A stretch of 64,000 bases of DNA. Source: a virus (taxonomy: Duplodnaviria; Heunggongvirae; Uroviricota; Caudoviricetes). The stretch lies in IMG/VR virus record IMGVR_UViG_2541047543_000003; one strand, 5' to 3'. Positions 1 to 8,623 of the stretch are shown here, piece after piece (positions within the stretch are counted from its first letter, which is position 1; each line of letters starts with the position of its first letter). The position numbers and the translations under genes are program-made. The notes under the pieces are model-generated. The model was not told where the DNA came from. It saw only the letters and a list, made by a program, of their open reading frames with translations, and did not search any database.

Positions 1-582
1 TTGCTTCCAATCTTCAATAGCTTGATAAGTAGATTCTGACCTTGATTTTTGATTGCTAAATAGATAAGAATCAATCCCAAGTTCTATACCCTCTTGAACA
101 TATTTTTCGTTAATATCGATCAAACCAGCAATTTTATTCCCAGGTATATCCCTCAACAGCTCCAATACATGTCTTTTTGTTTCAGATCTTCCTACAAAAT
201 GATAACCACTAAAAATATCACCAAAAATATCTTCTAGGTTTTTCTCTCTTAACCTCATCTCATGTTCTGAGCGCCCACAAGACATAACAAGCGAAATGTC
301 ATATCTGTAAGAAAGCTCAATAAGAACTCGCTTAACACCTGTTGAAATAACATCTAATGACCCGATATATTCAGAGTCGCAGTATTCAGCATATAGTAAT
401 AGCGCATCATGAAGAGAATTTGCACCGAATAAATCTACCAACCTTAATGGATTAGAACCTTCTTGGTCTAGCAGGTGATCTGTACAAATTCCTTTATGGT
501 CGAGAAACTTTTTTATTCCGCTTAAAGCATTCAGAATCACACCCTCGGCATCAAGTATCAAGATATCTTTCGTTTTCTTCAT
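1..582 (-). CDS. Hypothetical protein, 3' end truncated by window edge (194 aa visible, MKKTKDILILDAEGV...)
   Basis: The minus-strand frame is open from the ATG at 580-582 to base 1; I translated it manually with no stops. A terminator hairpin lies just upstream. There is no canonical HAD DxDxT motif, so the family is unassigned. Confidence 0.5.
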   Translation of the reverse strand, partial: MKKTKDILILDAEGVILNALSGIKKFLDHKGICTDHLLDQEGSNPLRLVDLFGANSLHDALLLYAEYCDSEYIGSLDVISTGVKRVLIELSYRYDISLVMSCGRSEHEMRLREKNLEDIFGDIFSGYHFVGRSETKRHVLELLRDIPGNKIAGLIDINEKYVQEGIELGIDSYLFSNQKSRSESTYQAIEDWKQ

Positions 583-624
583 TTTATTTCTCGTGTTTAA
601 TTAGTTTTACAATAAAATAGCAAT

Positions 625-654
625 AAAAAAGCGCCATTGCAATTGTGGCGCTTT
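625..654 (-). terminator. Rho-independent terminator (GCGCCA-loop-TGGCGC plus T-run on minus strand)
   Basis: Hairpin 631-650 is preceded by A6 on the plus strand, which is a T6 run on the minus strand. It sits directly downstream of the minus gene 681..866. Confidence 0.6.
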
Positions 655-680
655 CAAGTATGGGGATTGATAAACTAAAA

Positions 681-866
681 CTATTTTCTGGTTATTAACT
701 TAACCCCTGAGACAAAAAATAGTGCTAAAAATGTAATGCCAACTAGGTTAGCTGACTCAGGTGTTTTAATTGCCGTTTGCAACATGTTGGTTCCAAGAAC
801 CATGATTGTAGTTACCAATAGAAGCATTGCTCCAATTACATCACTGAACTTTTTAAATTTCAACAT
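681..866 (-). CDS. Small membrane protein (61 aa, two hydrophobic helices)
   Basis: ORF with two predicted transmembrane segments and a terminator immediately downstream. Confidence 0.4.
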   Translation of the reverse strand: MLKFKKFSDVIGAMLLLVTTIMVLGTNMLQTAIKTPESANLVGITFLALFFVSGVKLITRK

Positions 867-954
867 ACTAGTTTCTCCCCAAACTCTATATTAGAGATCT
901 TATATTATTCGATACATAAAATCAATAATAGTTCAATTAAAATCTGGTTGTTTT

Positions 955-1674
955 TTAGAGATTTATCCAGTTTATTGTCTTTTGATTGCTATCTAAAAGG
1001 AACTGATTACACTTTTCAAAACATTTTGAACCTAGAAAAGGGACAAAATCCATCCCTTGTTTATTTGCACCAAGAGGGCTTGGGTGAGATGTTTTAATTA
1101 CACAATGATGAGAACCTTCAGCTAACTTGGTTATTTTATGCGCATCCTTACCCCATGATAAAAATACTAGAGGTTTATCCCTCTTTATCAACGATTGTAT
1201 TACATCATTAGTAAATTCATTCCATCCAAGTTTCTTATGAGAATTTGAGCTTCCCTTTCGAACCGTTAAAGTTGCATTAAGTAACAATACATTATCAGCC
1301 CATTTTGATAAATCACCAGAGCCATTAGGTTGAAAATCTGGATAGCAATTTTTTAATTCCTTATAGATGTTATTCAAGCTTCTAGGAGGCTTTACCCCTT
1401 TAGGAACAGAAAAAGACATTCCCATAGCTTGGGGCATTAATCTTCCATCCACAAACTCCTGATTTATGTATGGATCTTGCCCTATAATAACACATCGAAC
1501 ATTATCAATCGAAGTTCTTTTGAAGGCATTAAATACCATTCCCTCAGGGGGATAAACCACAAACTCAGATTTTTCTCTTTCTAGTTTTTCACTTATAGAG
1601 CATAAAAGCTCATAGTTTGAACTGATAAGAGAATCCCAACCATTGAGTAATTTGAACTCTTCGATAATTGTCAT
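955..1674 (-). CDS. ung: Uracil-DNA glycosylase (family 1 UDG)
   Basis: Family-1 UDG motifs are present: GQDPY water-activating loop, LLLNATLTV and the HPSPL His motif. Length is 239 aa. Confidence 0.9.
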   Translation of the reverse strand: MTIIEEFKLLNGWDSLISSNYELLCSISEKLEREKSEFVVYPPEGMVFNAFKRTSIDNVRCVIIGQDPYINQEFVDGRLMPQAMGMSFSVPKGVKPPRSLNNIYKELKNCYPDFQPNGSGDLSKWADNVLLLNATLTVRKGSSNSHKKLGWNEFTNDVIQSLIKRDKPLVFLSWGKDAHKITKLAEGSHHCVIKTSHPSPLGANKQGMDFVPFLGSKCFEKCNQFLLDSNQKTINWINL

Positions 1675-1818
1675 TTAACACTCACTAACATATATAAATA
1701 AAACATTTATTGTGCTTTCCATCACAAAAACCTTTACATACACGTTGTTTTATTTAAGAATATTATTTAAGAACATTACTAAAAGAAAAAACAACAAATA
1801 ATAAAAAACGAGGCCAGT

Positions 1819-3120
1819 ATGTTAAGAATAAAAAAATCATTTCTTACGATTTCTGTGGTCGCTAGTTTATCAGCTTTTAGCGTGAATTCACATGCTGAAG
1901 ATGCAAACACAGCTCCTGTAACAGCAAATCTAAGGATTCCAATTGCCAACTTAGTTAAGTCTAATGCACTTCCTTCTGATTTTACACCTTGGAAGGAATT
2001 CACTCCACATCGTGATCACACACCTTGGGAACCATCTACGCCAAGCATTATGGCTTCCACACAAGGTCATCGCGGAGTAATCTTCAAAGATTCAGATGCC
2101 GATGTTAATGTTCCTGATTATTCTCAAAGCCGAACATTTACGGTAGATGAATTCCGTATGGAACAAAAGAAAATTGAAGATGGTCGCGGTGAAGTCGCAG
2201 ATGATGGTGATCCTATTCGACATGAAAGAACCATCAATAAGCAAGAAAGCCGTGTGGTCGCTGTTGACAATACAGCTTGGGAAGATACAAGTGCAGTATC
2301 GTGTTCTGAATGGAACTCTGTTGGTTCAGCAAGTAGATATCTGACTCCTTACACTCAAGATGCTGAAGGTCAGGAAAGAACTTGTTCTGTCGAACAAAAA
2401 CGCTCAATTACCTTGAATGACCCAGATGGTGCAGTTACATACGATCAGATGAGAACATACCGTTATATCGAGACATCGACACAGCGCGGTTTGATGGATA
2501 ACAGAAGCTGTAAAACGCTACTGGATTTCTACAATGCCAACAAATCCGAAATCTCATCTGCGCAACCAGGCTGGAATCCAAACGGATGGAAACGTTTAGA
2601 TGTTACCCCTAGTAATGCATACGTTACTTACTGCAACAACGGTTGGACAATGGTAGCAGCTCAGCGCGAAAATAGCCCTGTTGAATGGACTGGTGGTAAC
2701 TACCAATACGATCTAGAATCTGTCTACAATGGAGGCGTTGGTTTTGCGATCCCTAATGAAGTATTACCTATCCACACTCGTTGGGGCGTTGGTCAGAATG
2801 TAAGTGTAACTGTCGATTTCGATAGTGGTAGATACAGTACTGGAAACATGCACGCTACTCTATATTCAGGCGGAAAGGCTTACATAGTGCATAGATCTAC
2901 AGGAAACCACTTTAGATGGCATAACCCTCGCTCAGATTTGATGTCTGAAGGTCAGTACAATAATACTCTGACAGTAGAAGACTATACTGGTCGCTATGGT
3001 AGCTACTACAGATGGGCATTCTCTCCTTTGCACTCAGCAGCATGTTCAAGAGGATACGCTCTAAATGGCGCTAAATATGGCTATGTGACAGGTCAAGCTT
3101 GGACAGTATTCGTTTATTAA
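1819..3120 (+). CDS. Secreted protein with N-terminal signal peptide (433 aa), function unknown
   Basis: Classic Sec signal peptide MLRIKKSFLTISVVASLSAFSVNSHA. The C-terminal half is Trp/Tyr/Gly-rich and beta-rich. An SD-like AGG lies upstream. Confidence 0.6.
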   Translation: MLRIKKSFLTISVVASLSAFSVNSHAEDANTAPVTANLRIPIANLVKSNALPSDFTPWKEFTPHRDHTPWEPSTPSIMASTQGHRGVIFKDSDADVNVPDYSQSRTFTVDEFRMEQKKIEDGRGEVADDGDPIRHERTINKQESRVVAVDNTAWEDTSAVSCSEWNSVGSASRYLTPYTQDAEGQERTCSVEQKRSITLNDPDGAVTYDQMRTYRYIETSTQRGLMDNRSCKTLLDFYNANKSEISSAQPGWNPNGWKRLDVTPSNAYVTYCNNGWTMVAAQRENSPVEWTGGNYQYDLESVYNGGVGFAIPNEVLPIHTRWGVGQNVSVTVDFDSGRYSTGNMHATLYSGGKAYIVHRSTGNHFRWHNPRSDLMSEGQYNNTLTVEDYTGRYGSYYRWAFSPLHSAACSRGYALNGAKYGYVTGQAWTVFVY

Positions 3121-3132
3121 CGAATAACAAAC

Positions 3133-3167
3133 AAAAAAGGATGAGTTTAAAACTCATCCTTTTTTAA
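3133..3167. terminator. Bidirectional rho-independent terminator
   Basis: AAAAAAGGATGAGTT-TAAA-AACTCATCCTTTTTT is a perfect 9-bp stem flanked by an A-run and a T-run. It lies between convergent genes. Confidence 0.85.
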
Positions 3168-3176
3168 TCCCATCAA

Positions 3177-3497
3177 TTATTGTCGTGACTCGAAAGCACT
3201 TTGAACCTCCGCCTTGAAATTATCCGATGGCGCAAAAGTAACAACGCGTCTCTCAGAGATCATAACTTCATCACCAGTTTTCGGGTTGCGACCTGGACGG
3301 CTTCTTTTATGATTAATATTGAAGTTACCAAAATTAGATAGCTTTAATGGCTCTCCGCTAGCAATTGTTTCTTTAATTTCATTGAAGAACGTTTCTACAA
3401 GTGCAGTAGCATCTTTAGTCGTGAAGTTATGCTGATCAACTAAACGTTGAACTATATCTTTCTTGGTAAGGTTTTTTTCTAAAGTTGTATCGGTCAT
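3177..3497 (-). CDS. HU/IHF family DNA-binding protein
   Basis: 106 aa with the beta-arm motif RPGRNPKTGDEV and an N-terminal helix-turn. This is the typical bacterial DNA-binding protein (HU/IHF) fold signature. Confidence 0.88.
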   Translation of the reverse strand: MTDTTLEKNLTKKDIVQRLVDQHNFTTKDATALVETFFNEIKETIASGEPLKLSNFGNFNINHKRSRPGRNPKTGDEVMISERRVVTFAPSDNFKAEVQSAFESRQ

Positions 3498-3708
3498 GAT
3501 CTTTTCCTTATTTATTTAAAATTAAATATTTGTTCTTTAAGGTAATATTTTAATTTATCTCAATCATAATTTTATGAATCAAAGAGCTAACAGTCAACGA
3601 ATTTTTGATTGAAATTGCTTTAAATCAATAAAATATTCAATAGCTTCTATCTTATATCCCTTGATTTTAGTCTCAATGATAGAATTTGATTAATAAAGGA
3701 GATAAAAA

Positions 3709-4173
3709 ATGAATTACATGACTTACAACCCTGTGGATTTTATCAATGGCGAAGGCACCAGATGCTCTATCTTCGTTTCAGGTTGCGAACATCATTGTCA
3801 TAAATGCTTCAACGCAAAAAGCTTTCCATTCGATGCTGGCAGTGAATTTAATAGCGAAATAGAGAATGCGATTATCAATGACCTAACAGACACAAGAATA
3901 AAGAGAAATGGATTAAGCATACTTGGTGGTGAACCCCTCCATCCAAAAAATCTAAATTCTGTATTAAAGCTTGTTAAGCGTGTTAGAAGTGAGTCTCCAC
4001 AATCTGATATATGGCTATGGACTGGATATCGACTTGAAGAGTTAGAGAAAGAACAACTTGAAGTTGTTAATTACTTAGATGTATTGATAGATGGTAAGTT
4101 TGACCATAAATTAGCCGACCCATCTCTTAAATGGAGAGGAAGCAGTAACCAACGCGTAATTTATCTTAAATAA
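3709..4173 (+). CDS. nrdG: Anaerobic ribonucleoside-triphosphate reductase activating protein (radical SAM, NrdG)
   Basis: Near-collinear with E. coli NrdG as I recall it: MNYMTYNPVDFINGEGTRCSIFVSGCEHHCHKCFN, DTRIKRNGLSILGGEPL and KWRGSSNQRVIYL. An SD-like AAGGAG lies upstream. Confidence 0.9.
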   Translation: MNYMTYNPVDFINGEGTRCSIFVSGCEHHCHKCFNAKSFPFDAGSEFNSEIENAIINDLTDTRIKRNGLSILGGEPLHPKNLNSVLKLVKRVRSESPQSDIWLWTGYRLEELEKEQLEVVNYLDVLIDGKFDHKLADPSLKWRGSSNQRVIYLK

Positions 4174-4341
4174 AAAAAGCCATGCTGAGCCAAGGCGTTC
4201 GACTAATTTGTTGAAATAAATGCTGGGCTATAAATAAAGACTTATAACACAGGTAACTATCTGCATTGTAGGTCTTTATTTTTTGGAAAGATATTTTCCC
4301 CAGATGACAAATGGGTGAATGAGGTTTTCTAGCAACAATTT

Positions 4342-4584
4342 TTAGTGAGGCAATGTATTTTCATTAATAATTATCTCACCACCAGTGTCTTTTTCAATTA
4401 TTTCCACAAGGGTTGCTCCAAACGCATTCATCTCTCCAACCCTCTGCCCAGTTTCTTTTTCAAAGTACTCAGTAACTTGAGAAAGAGTTACGTGATCATC
4501 AGAAAGTATCTCGACAGTTTGCTTTAATGGCTTCTTGAATGTTGTTTGACCTGTTTTTTCAAAACAAGCTAAAAATCGCTTCAT
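4342..4584 (-). CDS. Hypothetical protein (80 aa) inside an inverted-repeat-flanked cassette
   Basis: ORF with SD-like AAGGA upstream. It is flanked by roughly 45-bp imperfect inverted repeats at 4176-4216 and 4620-4672. Confidence 0.4.
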   Translation of the reverse strand: MKRFLACFEKTGQTTFKKPLKQTVEILSDDHVTLSQVTEYFEKETGQRVGEMNAFGATLVEIIEKDTGGEIIINENTLPH

Positions 4585-4683
4585 ATATTTTGTCCTTTTT
4601 ACTTAAGTTAGTTAAGGTTCGCTTAATTTTCAACAAATTAAACGAACGGCTTGATGCTGAGCATGGCTTTTATTACATCTAAT

Positions 4684-5454
4684 CTACACTTCAGAGAGCA
4701 TAAAATGTGTTTCTACGGTCAATACATGTGACAACAAGTCAATTTGTTCCATACTCAACAAATCTTTTGCCAAAGGTTCGCGTTCAGTTGATTTCTCATC
4801 CTCAAAACCAGAAATCATAGCAACCATTGTAAGCGATTCAAGCTCCCTGACTCCTTCTGCTAGTAAATCAAAGAAATCAAAAGGTACAAAGAAATCTTCA
4901 TAGCCAGGCTTTGAAACAGATAGAACATTCACTTCAATACCATAGAAATCATGAGAAAAAATCGTAAACACTACATCATTAAGGGTGATGACGATATTCT
5001 CATTTGAAGTATCAAAATTAATATGATCAAGATCTTCATCTTTAATCTTCTCAATCATGTTTAATACTAGTTGATAATTTTCATCAACCATTTCCAAGTA
5101 GGCAACATCTAAAATAGCTTTAGACATGAGTTTATCTACAAGTGCTGGAAGGTGTCTTCTACTATCAAACAATTCATTTTTGCCAGATATTTCAATAGCT
5201 ATTTTTGCTAATAAAGACTGATTAGGCAACAACGTAAAAATTTCATTTTTATCACCAGGTCTTGTTAAAACGAGACCATTTCCTTTTCCGAGTACCCTGT
5301 TCGCAACATTAATCTTGAAATCATCCGTTAGACCGCTTTCACCTTTCATATGCTTATTGAAATTGAAACAGCCCGATTCTCCATCAAGTAAATGAATCAT
5401 AGTCAAAGCAGGAACTGAAAGAAGCATTACTGGTAAATTATTAATATTATTCAT
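4684..5454 (-). CDS. Hypothetical protein (256 aa)
   Basis: Long ORF, first of a tightly coupled three-gene minus-strand operon (gaps of 3-8 nt). Confidence 0.6.
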   Translation of the reverse strand: MNNINNLPVMLLSVPALTMIHLLDGESGCFNFNKHMKGESGLTDDFKINVANRVLGKGNGLVLTRPGDKNEIFTLLPNQSLLAKIAIEISGKNELFDSRRHLPALVDKLMSKAILDVAYLEMVDENYQLVLNMIEKIKDEDLDHINFDTSNENIVITLNDVVFTIFSHDFYGIEVNVLSVSKPGYEDFFVPFDFFDLLAEGVRELESLTMVAMISGFEDEKSTEREPLAKDLLSMEQIDLLSHVLTVETHFMLSEV

Positions 5455-5457
5455 AAT

Positions 5458-6438
5458 TTACACCATGCTTTTGTGCTTGATGATTAAATCATTTACTAAT
5501 GGCGCTTGAGTGTATCCATATAAACCTTCAAGAACGACCTCAAGATGTACTTCACTTGGAAAACTAAATCTATCTAGTAGTAAACTCTTCACAGAAGATC
5601 TGACATCGCGACCTAAATTCTTTGCATCAATAACTACATTAACCAACTCTAAAAGAGAGATCGAAGATTGTTCGTTTGATGCCAACATTGTAGCTCTTGC
5701 TTTCTGTAAAACATCTTCACTTAATTGAGGATTCAATAAATATTTATCTTCCTCAATGCATGGTGTGAACATCATTTTGCTGCGTTTTAGCTCATCAACA
5801 AAGTCAGGATTCCGAGTAGAACTACTATTTTTTGATTTAGTTTTAGCCTTTTCAATCAAATCAAGAAGCAATTCAGCAGAAGCGAAAAAGTCATTAATTA
5901 CAATTTCTTGTTTGAACACTCCAAAGACATTGGCATTAAAATCATAAAGCGTGATCTCTTTAGTGTGACTTTCTAAATCCAATTTCAACTTGAATGAGCC
6001 GAAATCCTGATGACCTTTCCCTAGATATTTTGGAGCAATATGACCATCAACATCAATAAACCCATTCTCTTCTAAAGCTAGCATGATCAGTTGAAGTAGT
6101 TGACGGTCTTCATCAAGATAAGTTGAGTTTAGATGGTACGCTGAGATAGCTTTAAAATAAGCCAAGGTAGATGGATTTCTAATCTCAATTTTAATGTTTG
6201 ATTTTACATCACCAGAGTTAAGATCTGTTACATAGTATCCATAATCACCATGTACAGCGACAGCATAATCTTTACTCTGATCATCATTGAACACTATCAG
6301 AGCAACGGCAGACCAACACATGACTTCTGAAACATCAAATGACGAACTTTGAGAGAGGGTTTCAAATAGTTTTTTCACTTCTTCTCTTGTGTGAATTCGA
6401 ATAATTGTATTCGCATTTTCCGTGTAAATGTTTGACAT
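5458..6438 (-). CDS. Hypothetical protein (326 aa)
   Basis: Long ORF in the same operon, with a 3-nt gap to the downstream gene. Confidence 0.6.
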   Translation of the reverse strand: MSNIYTENANTIIRIHTREEVKKLFETLSQSSSFDVSEVMCWSAVALIVFNDDQSKDYAVAVHGDYGYYVTDLNSGDVKSNIKIEIRNPSTLAYFKAISAYHLNSTYLDEDRQLLQLIMLALEENGFIDVDGHIAPKYLGKGHQDFGSFKLKLDLESHTKEITLYDFNANVFGVFKQEIVINDFFASAELLLDLIEKAKTKSKNSSSTRNPDFVDELKRSKMMFTPCIEEDKYLLNPQLSEDVLQKARATMLASNEQSSISLLELVNVVIDAKNLGRDVRSSVKSLLLDRFSFPSEVHLEVVLEGLYGYTQAPLVNDLIIKHKSMV

Positions 6439-6446
6439 GTAACCAC

Positions 6447-7118
6447 CTAAACCATGAAGAAAATTTTATTAACAAGAGCAACTAACTGGTCATTTGGATA
6501 CTCATAAGAGTTTCCAGTATCCTCCAGCTTCTTGTTGATCATATCTTTAACATCTTCGAAATTTGAGAAATTAGATTTCGAAAACTTAGCCTTAAGTTCA
6601 AACACAATGTCTTCGATCTCTCTTTCTGTAAGGGGTTCATGCTTTGTAGATATACAAACAGATTTTACTGGTCGATTTGATGTCAAGCATGTGTGCTCGT
6701 CAGCAAACACTGGAATCGATAACCCATATGCCAAGCCAGAGAAAACTCTGGTTACGTATTCGGTATTAAGTTGGTATTTGAAATAATCAATCTCAAGCTT
6801 CTCTACAACAAATTGCGGTGACTCTTCAACAATAATTAAGGACAACTGACCAAGATGATCGTTTAGACTCATAACTTCAAATGGCTCGATTCTAAAGCCT
6901 TCAGGTGCCTTCTCTCCCATGCTGTTTACGATATGAGTTAACTGATCTTGGTCAAGATTTAAGCATCCTGGACTCTTACCATAGATTTCAGTCAGCATCG
7001 TGTACAGGGCATTCTCATTCCGAGGAACTATTTTCAAGAGCTTTTTGTCATGCTCATAGACTAAAAAAACTGTTCCATCAAAACAGTCTCCTAGATAAAC
7101 ATTTCCATTTTTATTCAT
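6447..7118 (-). CDS. Hypothetical protein (223 aa)
   Basis: Long ORF, first gene of the operon, lying downstream of an AT-rich promoter region. Confidence 0.6.
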   Translation of the reverse strand: MNKNGNVYLGDCFDGTVFLVYEHDKKLLKIVPRNENALYTMLTEIYGKSPGCLNLDQDQLTHIVNSMGEKAPEGFRIEPFEVMSLNDHLGQLSLIIVEESPQFVVEKLEIDYFKYQLNTEYVTRVFSGLAYGLSIPVFADEHTCLTSNRPVKSVCISTKHEPLTEREIEDIVFELKAKFSKSNFSNFEDVKDMINKKLEDTGNSYEYPNDQLVALVNKIFFMV

Positions 7119-7382
7119 AATATTAATTCTTTAATAGTGATTAGTTTTTACGCAACTGCCTGATCGCGTATATGTTTTGTTTTAGTTTAGTTGATAAGAA
7201 TACATTAGAAGATCTAGAAAGTAAATAAAATTGATTATTGAAAATACATAGTATTTTCTTACTAATCATAGTTATAAATATATACTTAATAGTAATTATA
7301 TATAAATAATATTAATTGATCACAAACCAATTCGTGTCAACTTTTTTTTAAAAAAGATCATCAGAAAAAAGTCTTGATCTTC

Positions 7383-7410
7383 TAGAATGACGATCTATAA
7401 TCCGATCCGC
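7383..7410 (+). promoter_or_regulatory. Sigma70-like promoter (TTGATC-16-TATAAT) overlapped by a 7-bp inverted repeat (AAGATCA/TGATCTT)
   Basis: The -35 and -10 hexamers have 16-bp spacing. The inverted repeat 7363-7369/7384-7390 overlaps the -35 and is a candidate operator. Confidence 0.45.
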
Positions 7411-7457
7411 CTGATTGATACTGATGTGTTTGATTTTTGAACGTTATCTTGAGATAA

Positions 7458-7486
7458 CCGCGACAAGCGCGTAAAATCAATTCACT
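7458..7486 (+). promoter_or_regulatory. Sigma70-like promoter (TTGAGA-17-TAAAAT) upstream of 7528 gene
   Basis: Hexamers with 17-bp spacing lie about 40 nt upstream of the start codon. Confidence 0.45.
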
Positions 7487-7527
7487 GTTTTGTTTACGTT
7501 TTTTTGTTGATAATTAATTAAAATAGA

Positions 7528-8055
7528 ATGAATTTCATTGTGAAAGCTGCTGATAGCAAGCTTTTTGTGTTTTTGTCATACGCCTTAAGTCCGATAGCCA
7601 TAACTAGCACTTACGTGCTTTTTGTTTTGCTCGGAGCAGGTGTGTGGGCTATTCCACCAGCGATAATCTGCATAGGTTTAGCGATCTTTGCTAACCACTG
7701 GATCGTTTCGAATGGCTTTGAATGGGAGAGAAAGTCAGCAATCGCATGGCGTTTTCTTCCTCTGACTCCTATTAAAGAATCAGAAATCAGAGAAAACATC
7801 AAAAGAGAATCGAGAGAATTTTCCGATGAGTGGGCTTTTGAAATTGGCAGTGATGAATGCGATAAAATCATAAATGATCTCAAAAAAAGAATAGAATTTA
7901 TGATGAATACCTTTGGCTTCTTGAACGAAATCTCACTTCTTATTGAGCTTAACAAAGCGCACGAGATCGCTTATTCGTCATATTTAAAGAAGATCCAAAT
8001 GGAAGACGATAAAGAATACGTCGAGTTTATTAGAAAATGGGGATGGCAAGACTAA
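7528..8055 (+). CDS. Membrane protein (175 aa, N-terminal TM helices)
   Basis: Two hydrophobic helices at the N-terminus and an acidic C-terminal domain. A terminator follows. Confidence 0.6.
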   Translation: MNFIVKAADSKLFVFLSYALSPIAITSTYVLFVLLGAGVWAIPPAIICIGLAIFANHWIVSNGFEWERKSAIAWRFLPLTPIKESEIRENIKRESREFSDEWAFEIGSDECDKIINDLKKRIEFMMNTFGFLNEISLLIELNKAHEIAYSSYLKKIQMEDDKEYVEFIRKWGWQD

Positions 8056-8066
8056 ACCAAATTAGA

Positions 8067-8091
8067 AACAAAGGGGGTTTCCCCCCTTTTG
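8067..8091. terminator. Bidirectional terminator AAAGGGGGTTTCCCCCCTTTT
   Basis: G5/C5 stem with a 3-nt loop, flanked by an A-run and a T-run, between convergent genes. Confidence 0.8.
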
Positions 8092-8484
8092 TTATGCTGC
8101 TAATTGTTTTTTAGTTGCTTTCTTTACGTACTTAAAAAGAGAAGCGAAAAGAATTAGCGGCGTAATTGCCAAACCAGCAGCTTCAATGATAGAGAAGTTT
8201 ACTAGAAGGCTTTTCGGTAGCATTGATGTAATGCCTAGAGAGAACATGAACGCTCCCAAACCCAACATTGACCATTTATCTTTGTAACCGATGAATTTTA
8301 CAACATCGTCAGCGACAATGATTAAAGATACAAAACCTAAACTTTTCAGGTATACAACATTTGTTGTGTAAGTAGGGTTTAGAGATAAGACAACCGAATA
8401 TACAATAAGAAATACTGTTAAAACGGTTGCGCAATAGATGATGGTCGAAGACATGACCGCCATTGCTAATCGTGTGTTCATCAT
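8092..8484 (-). CDS. Membrane protein (about 130 aa)
   Basis: The ORF extends to 8556, but AAGAGGAAA plus ATGATG at 8484 gives a proper SD. The product is hydrophobic with multiple TM helices. Confidence 0.5.
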   Translation of the reverse strand: MMNTRLAMAVMSSTIIYCATVLTVFLIVYSVVLSLNPTYTTNVVYLKSLGFVSLIIVADDVVKFIGYKDKWSMLGLGAFMFSLGITSMLPKSLLVNFSIIEAAGLAITPLILFASLFKYVKKATKKQLAA

Positions 8485-8595
8485 AAAAGTTTCCTCTTTA
8501 GTTATGTCTTTCCCCAAAGACGAAACAATTATGCATCTATGCGATTCAATTGTCAATAAAATAACAAAAGATATTGTCTATTTTTTATAATATAT

Positions 8596-8623
8596 AAAAA
8601 AGAGGCTGTTGCCTCTTTTTTGT
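8596..8623. terminator. Bidirectional terminator AAAAAAGAGGC-TGTT-GCCTCTTTTTT
   Basis: Perfect 6-bp stem flanked by A6 and T6. Confidence 0.8.

Noticed and set aside
1-582. HAD-family phosphatase/5'-nucleotidase call for the partial first gene
   Set aside because: The candidate motif is LILDAEGV, not the DxDx(T/V) nucleophile motif, so the family assignment was dropped.
2147-2344. 65-aa plus ORF inside the secreted-protein gene
   Set aside because: Out-of-frame internal ORF on the same strand with no RBS.
5510-7120. Plus-strand ORFs 5510..5728, 5756..5947, 6532..6786, 6905..7120
   Set aside because: All are embedded antisense within long, well-supported minus-strand genes, and none has a start-site signal.
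7611-7955. 114-aa minus ORF inside gene 7528..8055
   Set aside because: Antisense shadow of the membrane-protein gene, which has dual promoters and a terminator.
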